Assembly (NCBI GenBank): GCA_964013425.1
Contig: CAXGWC010000001.1
Span: 51,201 to 115,200, forward strand
DNA from: an uncultured Candidatus Poseidoniales archaeon
GTDB taxonomy: Archaea > Thermoplasmatota > Poseidoniia > Poseidoniales > Thalassarchaeaceae
DNA: 64,000 nt
Direction: 5' to 3'
Under the pieces are notes generated by a model. That model did not search any database. It was not told where the DNA came from and saw nothing but the letters and a program-made list of their open reading frames with translations. The position numbers and the translations under genes were made by a program. Of this stretch, positions 57,228 to 64,000 are shown in pieces. Positions within the stretch are counted from its first letter, which is position 1. Each line of letters begins with the position of its first letter.

Positions 57228-58330
57228 TCCCCCAGCTCACTCAAATCAGAATCTAATTCAGATACTAGCCAACCATGCATTTTGTCACCGCCCATTTCCG
57301 ATAGTGTGGAATTTAGAAAGGCAGCAATTAGAGTACTCTTCGACTCATTGGGAGACAATCCTCTTGAAGCAAGATAGAACATCTGATCTTCGTCAACAGG
57401 CCCACTCGCTGTCCCATGTCCGCACCCGACCACATCATGTTCGGATACTTCTAACTCGGGGATGGAATCAGCTTGTGCATCTCTTGATAATAGAAGGTTC
57501 TGAAAAAGTTGAGCAGCATCAGCACCGTTAGAACCCTTAGAGACACGCAACATCCCAGTACCTACAGTCCTGCTGCTACCGCCACAGGCAGAGTTCCAGT
57601 CTAATCTACTGAAGGTTTCAGGCGAGTCATGATATATCTCAATGTGATGGTCGAGGTTCATTTCCCTTGCCGAGAGTATGGATCCCAGGACATTCAGATT
57701 TCCCCCTGGTTGAAACATCCTGTATCGAAGATCAGCCTTTGTAATTGTTGAGCCAGATGAAACAGTTCCAGCTTTGAATTGAGAATTACGAGGAATGGAA
57801 ATTGACTCAACTCTCAATAGCTTCCCATGTTCAAGCCTGTTTACTACAACATCACTGGTAATGGCGCCCTCTCCCGTGGAACCAGTCCTTAACATCCCAA
57901 ACCAGTTGCATGTTCCTCTTACTACGGTAACTAATTCAAGCTCAGCAAGCTTACCGATATTCAGGCAAACATGGGCAGAGCAGAAAGTCCCACTTGTGGA
58001 AACCTCGATGATTATTGGAACTTCAGATTTGAATTTAGGAACTACAGTAAGAGTAAATTTAGATTCTCCCGTTACCGCCTCTAAGAAACTCTTTGTAATT
58101 TCCTCATCATCAGGCAGTCCTTCGGAATGTGCTCCTCCGATGTCAAGAGTTATTCCGGGAGGAAGGGTGCTTCCATCTATTGTTTTCAGACTCACTTTAG
58201 GTGTTGTGAAATCACTAGGAATATCGGAAATGTTCCCTGTTGGGTGTATTTTTTTCCAAGGAGTGTACTTCCATAGGTGATCAGCCCTGTCTGGAGGATC
58301 AGCGGATAGATACTTTGAGGACGCATCCAT
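57224..58330 (-). CDS. sufD: Fe-S cluster assembly protein SufD
   Basis: Position downstream of sufB and a SufD-like beta-helix C-terminal half (..SRDAQADSIPELEV..DVVGCGHGTASGPVDEDQMFYLASRG). Confidence 0.8.
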   Translation of the reverse strand: MDASSKYLSADPPDRADHLWKYTPWKKIHPTGNISDIPSDFTTPKVSLKTIDGSTLPPGITLDIGGAHSEGLPDDEEITKSFLEAVTGESKFTLTVVPKFKSEVPIIIEVSTSGTFCSAHVCLNIGKLAELELVTVVRGTCNWFGMLRTGSTGEGAITSDVVVNRLEHGKLLRVESISIPRNSQFKAGTVSSGSTITKADLRYRMFQPGGNLNVLGSILSAREMNLDHHIEIYHDSPETFSRLDWNSACGGSSRTVGTGMLRVSKGSNGADAAQLFQNLLLSRDAQADSIPELEVSEHDVVGCGHGTASGPVDEDQMFYLASRGLSPNESKSTLIAAFLNSTLSEMGGDKMHGWLVSELDSDLSELGD

Positions 58331-58337
58331 GAAGAAC

Positions 58338-59750
58338 TCAACCTATACTTCCTTCCATTTCAAGGGACATTAGTTTGTTCAGTTCAACTGCATACTCCAT
58401 CGGGAGCTCTCTTGTGAAGGGCTCAAAGAATCCATTTACAATCATACCAAGCGCCTCGGCTTCTGTATGCCCCCTGCTCATCAAATAGAACAATTGTTCG
58501 TCCCCGACTTTAGAGACACTAGCTTCATGCTCACAATGAGCTGTCGGGTTTCCAACTTCCATGGTTGGATAAGTATCAGATCTGCTCTCCTCGTCGAGAA
58601 TCAGGGCATCACACACAATATTCAGCCTGCAATTTTCTGCTTTAGGCATTATTTTTGCCATTCCTCTGTATGAGCCTCTTCCACCGTCTTTGCTGATGCT
58701 CTTTGAGAGGATGTTGCTAGTGGTATTTGATGCCATGTGGTGTACTTTGGCTCCAGCATCTTGGTGCTGCCCATTCCCCGCATAAGCGACAGAAATTACC
58801 TCGGCATGAGCCCCCTCTCCTTTTAGGATAACAGCAGGATACTTCATAGTCAATTTACTCCCAATGTTGCCATCTACCCACTCAATCTTGGCATTTTCAT
58901 GTGCCACCCCTCTTTTTGTAACCAAGTTGTACACGTTATTGCTCCAATTTTGAACAGTGGTGTATCTGATGTGGGCGCCTGGGAGTGCCAGGAGCTCGAC
59001 AACGGCGGAGTGTAAAGAATCAGTAGAATAGGTAGGTGCAGTACAACCCTCAACATAGTGGATACTACTTCCTTCATCGGCAATAATGAGAGTACGCTCG
59101 AACTGGCCCATATTCTTGGCATTTATCCTGAAATAAGCCTGCACTGGCATCTCGACATGTACTCCCTTTGGTACGTAGATAAAAGATCCACCCGACCATA
59201 CAGCCGTATTCAGGGCAGAGAATTTATTGTCGCTGTATGGAATGACACTACCGAAGTACTTTTTCACAATATCTTCATGTTCTTTGAGGCCTGAATCCAT
59301 ATCTAAGAAAATCACACCCTGCTTCTCAAGGTCTTCTCTTATGCTGTGATATACAGTTTCTGACTCGTATTGTGCCGTGACTCCTGAAAGCCACTTCTGC
59401 TCTGCTTCGGGAATCCCCAATCTGTCAAAGGTATTCCTGATGTCATCAGGAACATCGTCCCAAGAACTGCCTGTTTCATCAGATGATCTCAGGAAGTAGC
59501 ATACCTTATCGAAATCGATTTCCATTAATTCCTCAGTATTCCCCCAAGTGGGCATGGGCCTTTCTATGAAGTGTCTGTATGCCTTGACTCTTATCTCAGT
59601 CATCCATTCTGGCTCTTGTTTGAGTTCAGAGATATCCCTGACAACTTTTTCTGAAAGGCCAAAGTCAAATCTTATAGTTGCATTCTCAGGATCATGCCAT
59701 CCTGCTTTGTAATCCCCTACTGCCTCGCGCGCTTCACTTTCTCCGTTCAT
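58338..59750 (-). CDS. sufB: Fe-S cluster assembly protein SufB
   Basis: Highly conserved SufB blocks ([65 protein letters not shown]). ATGA overlap with sufC. Confidence 0.95.
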   Translation of the reverse strand: MNGESEAREAVGDYKAGWHDPENATIRFDFGLSEKVVRDISELKQEPEWMTEIRVKAYRHFIERPMPTWGNTEELMEIDFDKVCYFLRSSDETGSSWDDVPDDIRNTFDRLGIPEAEQKWLSGVTAQYESETVYHSIREDLEKQGVIFLDMDSGLKEHEDIVKKYFGSVIPYSDNKFSALNTAVWSGGSFIYVPKGVHVEMPVQAYFRINAKNMGQFERTLIIADEGSSIHYVEGCTAPTYSTDSLHSAVVELLALPGAHIRYTTVQNWSNNVYNLVTKRGVAHENAKIEWVDGNIGSKLTMKYPAVILKGEGAHAEVISVAYAGNGQHQDAGAKVHHMASNTTSNILSKSISKDGGRGSYRGMAKIMPKAENCRLNIVCDALILDEESRSDTYPTMEVGNPTAHCEHEASVSKVGDEQLFYLMSRGHTEAEALGMIVNGFFEPFTRELPMEYAVELNKLMSLEMEGSIG

Positions 59751-60529
59751 TCGAAATCAACTCCCTTCTCAACCTGTTCTTCAAGCCAATCATATCCATT
59801 GTCCTCTAGCAAATTCGCCAGAGATGGCCCTCCACTGGCCACTATCTTTCCTCCAATCATGATGTGAACACGATCTGGATTGACGTGTTCCAAAATTCTG
59901 GAGTAATGAGTGATTATTAGTGCCCCATTTTCGGTCCCTCTAACTACGGAGTTTATACCCTTGGATACAGTTCTTATCCCATCTATATCCAATCCGCTGT
60001 CAGTCTCGTCCAAGACTGCCAATCTAGGCTGGAGAAGCATTAGTTGAAGTATCTCAAATCTCTTTTTCTCTCCTCCGCTGAATCCATCGTTAACGTATCT
60101 GGAGAGAAAAGATTTGGGAATATCAAGCTCTTCCATGGCAACTGTTAGCTTCCCTCTGAACTCCGAGCCTCTGGCGGCCTCTTCTCCGCGAACACTAGAA
60201 ACAGACTTCCGTAGGAAATTTCCTACTTGTAAGCCTGGAATGGATTGAGGATATTGAAAGGAGAGAAATACTCCTTCTCTAGATCTCTCCCATGGTTCCA
60301 TGTCTTCAAGACTCTCGCCATCCAAAAACATCTCCCCTTCCTCTATTTCGTACGCTGGATGGCCCATGATGACATTGGCAGTAGTTGTTTTCCCGCTACC
60401 ATTCCTGCCCATTATTGCATGAATTTCACCCTTTGGAATCACCAAATCTATTCCCTTCAGAATAGGCGTACCTTCTATTCCCACCTTCAGTCCTCTGACT
60501 TCTAGAATGGGGTTATCGTCCGATATCAT
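59747..60529 (-). CDS. sufC: Fe-S cluster assembly ATPase SufC
   Basis: ATG 60529 gives [16 protein letters not shown]. Walker [10 protein letters not shown], signature FSGGEKKR and Walker [12 protein letters not shown]. The 69-aa upstream extension of the ORF has no support. Confidence 0.9.
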   Translation of the reverse strand: MISDDNPILEVRGLKVGIEGTPILKGIDLVIPKGEIHAIMGRNGSGKTTTANVIMGHPAYEIEEGEMFLDGESLEDMEPWERSREGVFLSFQYPQSIPGLQVGNFLRKSVSSVRGEEAARGSEFRGKLTVAMEELDIPKSFLSRYVNDGFSGGEKKRFEILQLMLLQPRLAVLDETDSGLDIDGIRTVSKGINSVVRGTENGALIITHYSRILEHVNPDRVHIMIGGKIVASGGPSLANLLEDNGYDWLEEQVEKGVDFE

Positions 60530-60631
60530 ACCACGCCTCGCACAATGGTGGCGTTCCAGCCTTTTGAATGTGTGTGGCACACCCTCATTACAGATTCGTA
60601 GATTTCTAAAGAGCGCCCCCAATCCTGAAGC

Positions 60632-61117
60632 ATGGAATCCGCGCAGACAGACGACGATGAGCTGGCAAAAATATACGGGTCTCAGATCGAAGAGCAAATG
60701 AGGGCCGAGGCGCAAAGGAGGATCGATGAAAATCATGATGAAGATGAATTAAGGAGACTCAGGAACCTCTCTCTAATCTCACTAATTGAGGAAAATAATT
60801 CAGATATCATTCCTGCATTGATGGCAAGACTGGGTCCCGTAAGAGCCGCTTTGGACGGCCATGGAGGTGGTCTGATACTTTCAAGTTGGGAATTCCATGG
60901 AGGAGACGGAGCCAGAAAGTCACTGTCTTTGGTGATTGACCTTGACGGAGCCTGCGTGTCATGCGGAGCGGCACCAGGTACCCTGAAGGGAATACAGGAT
61001 GATTTGCTGATGGATGAGGAGGTCGAAAGAGTAAGATTCTCTTCTTCGATGTTGGAATGGTTTGATGAGATTCAGAAGGAGTTTGTACTGAAGTTCGGGG
61101 AAGTCACTTTCATTTAG
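60632..61117 (+). CDS. NifU C-terminal-domain (Nfu-type) Fe-S protein with acidic N-terminal extension
   Basis: DGHGGGLIL..VIDLDGACVSCGAAPGTLKGIQDDL carries the Nfu CxxC motif. Divergent from sufCBD. Confidence 0.7.
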   Translation: MESAQTDDDELAKIYGSQIEEQMRAEAQRRIDENHDEDELRRLRNLSLISLIEENNSDIIPALMARLGPVRAALDGHGGGLILSSWEFHGGDGARKSLSLVIDLDGACVSCGAAPGTLKGIQDDLLMDEEVERVRFSSSMLEWFDEIQKEFVLKFGEVTFI

Positions 61118-61748
61118 AAAAAGCCTGTTTGAGGATATTCACCGCGTCTGGAGAAAATCCCAATACCGTGACCTCTTCCCCCTCTGTTACTCGGCAAAAT
61201 TCTCCTGCTATGCCAGCCAAATCATAACCTCCTGCCTTGCCTTTCCACGATTCCGACGATACAAGCTTGTAAATTTCATCGTCTCCTAACTCTGAGAATT
61301 CTACAGTGGCACTATTAGTTCGATTCAAGATATCCCACTTGCCATTTGCGGTGGCAACCTCTCGGGGGAGTAATACAGATGTCGACGACCAGACTCTGTG
61401 TTTTCTCCCCGAAAGCCTAATCAGATTACTAGTGGCAGTAAGTGCATCTTTGGGCTTTCCAATCGATAATGTGTAGTCATCAGGGTCCTCAATCATTGTA
61501 TCAGATACCAGAATAGCATCATAGTTTCGTTCTCTTCTGTTGATGGACAGCTTATTCTCTATCCTAGCGTTTTCCGCCTTGGATTGACATACAATCTCTA
61601 CTTGCTTGCTAACTTCAAATCCCTGGAGGGGCCTGATTTCTGTAGATTTCAAGGGCGATGAAAAAAATCTAAAATCTGAATCTTCTAAATTTTCTTTCAA
61701 CCACGAGATTCTTCTCTCGGACTTCGATGCAAGAAGTATTCTCGTCAT
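61110..61748 (-). CDS. maf: Maf-like nucleoside triphosphate pyrophosphatase
   Basis: ILLASKSERRISWL and GKAGGYDLAGIAGEF blocks. ATG 61748 lies 2 nt after the upstream stop (TTG 61754 would overlap it). Confidence 0.75.
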   Translation of the reverse strand: MTRILLASKSERRISWLKENLEDSDFRFFSSPLKSTEIRPLQGFEVSKQVEIVCQSKAENARIENKLSINRRERNYDAILVSDTMIEDPDDYTLSIGKPKDALTATSNLIRLSGRKHRVWSSTSVLLPREVATANGKWDILNRTNSATVEFSELGDDEIYKLVSSESWKGKAGGYDLAGIAGEFCRVTEGEEVTVLGFSPDAVNILKQAFSK

Positions 61749-61750
61749 AC

Positions 61751-64000
61751 TCAACCAAGCTTAATTTTCTCTCCGCAGACGGGACAACTAAATTTCTTCA
61801 ATCCCGATTCTATTTCAAAAATAGCGTTGCAAGACTGACAGCTTACACTGGTGTTAGTCCCTATGAGGGGAAGTGGAGGGGGCAAAGGAGGGGAGTGCTC
61901 AGGAACGGGAATGGCAAACTCTCCAGAGTCCGCCACAAAAGGAACTGATTTAGCCGAACTACTGGATCTATATTCTCTCCTTCTCCTCCTTTCGGTTGCA
62001 TTTTGAGAGTCCATTTTTTGTTCTTCAACCAATTCAACCTCCGAAGAACTAACCGAGATATCAGTATCAACGATTACATCCACAACATCCTCCTCAAGTA
62101 TCACAACTCCTGATATCTTCCTACCAGTCCGACCGCTTACCCATCTAATGGCCCTAGTCGACATCGTCAAAATGACAACCAAACAGAGGACTATTGTAAC
62201 TCCCGAAATTCCCACCAGTATTACGTTGAAATTTCTCTCATCCAGTCCAAGATATGCTCTGACCTGCTCTAGTATATTGTCTTCAGATTTTGTAGGGGAG
62301 GAATCGTCTATCAAGGCCCTAATCTGCCACCCAGTTGGAGATGTCTGTAGAATGGTCGCATCACTATCAACGGGGGATCTGCTGGCAACTACTATTCTGC
62401 CAATTCCCAACCTGTCCGAAACTCCGATCCACTGATCTTCTGAATTAGCCATTCCATATTGTATCTGAGGTCCACTGGGTCCTACGAAGTCAAAGAAAAT
62501 CTGTACTCCCCTCTCTGTATCTAGGAGTCCGATGTATCCAAGACCTCTGGCTGAAGTCCTCACTTCTAGTATCTCTGAGAATGATGAATCTACTATTGTG
62601 ACCATCAATTCTGATGTCTGATCGGAACCTTCGCCCCATGCCGCCACCATCACGTCCTCACCATCTATCTCTGAAATGGAGAGGGCGGGCATGAAAGCGT
62701 GATCTCCTACTGCCTTTCTGAATGACCACGAGGCCTGTTCTGGAAGTCCATGAGCATACCAAAGACCGAGCCTGTCTACTCCAGTTGTGTCGTTCCTCGT
62801 ATCCTGATATAGGATGTGTCCATCTTCATCTCCCATGGCCACAGCGACTGGGTCAGTCTTGCCCGGGGTTACTTTCAGATCGCCCACCAGTTGCGGATTG
62901 ACAAACCAATCAGAAGACTTGGTCGGAGACTCTGATGTCGCCAAGAAAATGGCATTATTCTGATTAGATGAACCCGTTGCTAATTCATGATGGTAACCCG
63001 CTACAAGAATTTCTGACCCCTTCATGTCCATTCCTATTCCCCAATATTTTCCTTCAGATAGAGATATGGGGCTCATCAAATCTTGAATGGGAGACATGAG
63101 GCAACTTGAATCAATTGTAGTATAACTTACGGTCTGTTTGAAGAAGCCCTCGTTATCCAAATATCTTCGGGTCCAGGCAACATGAGCCAAGCCATCGTTT
63201 GATGCTTCGGCTACAATGTCTCCGGACCATTTTTCTTCCAGTACATTGGAGCAGGCAGTTATGGCCCTGTTACTACCGAGTCTGTAGAGTCCCAATTCAT
63301 CTCCTCTGCTAGTTATCACCACTCCTCCTTCCTCACTCAGGTGAATTACTTCTACAGGTTCTTCACCTGTTGGGAAATTTGTAGTCCTAGGGCCGGTTAA
63401 TGTAGTCTCATCAACTAAGATGGTAGTTTCAACAATGTTGTTACTCCAGTCCAAATCAGACATGGATGAACCAGTGAGACTCACTCTAATCTTGACCGGT
63501 CCAGTAGAGCTCTCCAAGTGGGCGAATGAGATCTGGGATGCTCCTTGCCCCATTACCAGAGGGACCGGTGTCGAGGAAATTGACTCCCAACCAATATCGT
63601 TCCTTATCTCCAGGGTTGCTTCAAGTTCCGTGGCGTCGCTGGATCCAAGATTGTCAACTCTGGCAGTAATTAGAAACTGCTCATTTGGCCTAGGCACCGG
63701 AGGCTCGGTCCTTATTGCCCCCTCCCTGAAAGCTAGGTCGACACCTTGGGGCCTCTGCAAAACGGGGAACTCCACCGTTTGCTCATTATCCTCTTCATTT
63801 ATTTCTTCTATTTCATCAGATGGATCTAGTGAGATGGATAATGTCCTATCTCCTAGCGTCAGGGGATTCCAGTATAGAACAACGTCCACTATATCCCCGC
63901 TGCCAATACTGGGAATTATGAGCTCATCCTTCCTAGCTCCATTTTCCTTAAGGTAGACAGTGACCTCAGTAGCATCTAAATCACCGTCATTTCTGACCTC
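61751..64000 (-). CDS. Large surface protein with CARDB-like repeats, TM anchor and cytoplasmic zinc-ribbon tail (5' end outside window)
   Basis: The frame is open to base 64000 (EVRNDGDLDATEVTVYLKENG.. and ITARVDNLGSSDATELEATLEIRND are CARDB-like). TM helix VILVGISGVTIVLCLVVILTM. The tail ends CQSCNAIFEIESGLKKFSCPVCGEKIKLG. Confidence 0.65.
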   Translation of the reverse strand, partial: EVRNDGDLDATEVTVYLKENGARKDELIIPSIGSGDIVDVVLYWNPLTLGDRTLSISLDPSDEIEEINEEDNEQTVEFPVLQRPQGVDLAFREGAIRTEPPVPRPNEQFLITARVDNLGSSDATELEATLEIRNDIGWESISSTPVPLVMGQGASQISFAHLESSTGPVKIRVSLTGSSMSDLDWSNNIVETTILVDETTLTGPRTTNFPTGEEPVEVIHLSEEGGVVITSRGDELGLYRLGSNRAITACSNVLEEKWSGDIVAEASNDGLAHVAWTRRYLDNEGFFKQTVSYTTIDSSCLMSPIQDLMSPISLSEGKYWGIGMDMKGSEILVAGYHHELATGSSNQNNAIFLATSESPTKSSDWFVNPQLVGDLKVTPGKTDPVAVAMGDEDGHILYQDTRNDTTGVDRLGLWYAHGLPEQASWSFRKAVGDHAFMPALSISEIDGEDVMVAAWGEGSDQTSELMVTIVDSSFSEILEVRTSARGLGYIGLLDTERGVQIFFDFVGPSGPQIQYGMANSEDQWIGVSDRLGIGRIVVASRSPVDSDATILQTSPTGWQIRALIDDSSPTKSEDNILEQVRAYLGLDERNFNVILVGISGVTIVLCLVVILTMSTRAIRWVSGRTGRKISGVVILEEDVVDVIVDTDISVSSSEVELVEEQKMDSQNATERRRRREYRSSSSAKSVPFVADSGEFAIPVPEHSPPLPPPLPLIGTNTSVSCQSCNAIFEIESGLKKFSCPVCGEKIKLG

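Overview
This is a compact, almost fully coding 64-kb stretch of an archaeal chromosome. Archaeal markers include aIF2-gamma, S6e, L10e, Orc1/Cdc6, Dph2, archaeosine tRNA-guanine transglycosylase, CTP-type riboflavin kinase and archaeal-type Hpt. It also carries bacterial-type DNA gyrase (gyrB-gyrA), a class II HMG-CoA reductase, SufCBD and several very large acidic secreted or anchored proteins (PKD, CARDB, LTD and BNR/Asp-box domains). By inference this fits a planktonic Thermoplasmatota or Marine-Group-II-like euryarchaeon; I cannot verify that without a database search. I call 54 CDS (two run off the window edges), one tRNA-Ser(GCU) and two non-coding DNA elements. I saw no rRNA, CRISPR array, transposase, integrase or recognisable defence genes. 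Many neighbouring genes overlap by 1-11 nt or sit under 10 nt apart, and Shine-Dalgarno-like GGAGG/GAGGTG boxes helped place internal starts. The best candidate for something undescribed is at 30.07-32.5 kb. There a 260-bp AT-rich gap holds a highly ordered array of CGTTA(A/G)T boxes, next to a degenerate, probably ATPase-dead Orc1/Cdc6 paralog with a ~300-aa acidic disordered linker and a C-terminal winged helix. The canonical orc1/cdc6, 2.5 kb away, sits inside a translation operon with no room for an origin. Other points of interest: truA and aIF2-gamma have conserved N-termini upstream of any ATG/GTG/TTG, and both would begin CTG-ACN-AGY-GAY. ArcTGT and aIF2-gamma have both lost their canonical Cys zinc sites. 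There is a fused large+small AcnX protein, and a six-gene translationally coupled double ABC module with a Ca-binding-like ectodomain and a Trp-rich cyclase-like protein. A perfect 11-bp palindrome abuts the gyrB start. A membrane-anchored glutaminyl cyclase lies among secreted proteins whose predicted mature N-termini are Gln or Glu. Functional calls rest on motifs I recognise by eye, and no similarity search was run.
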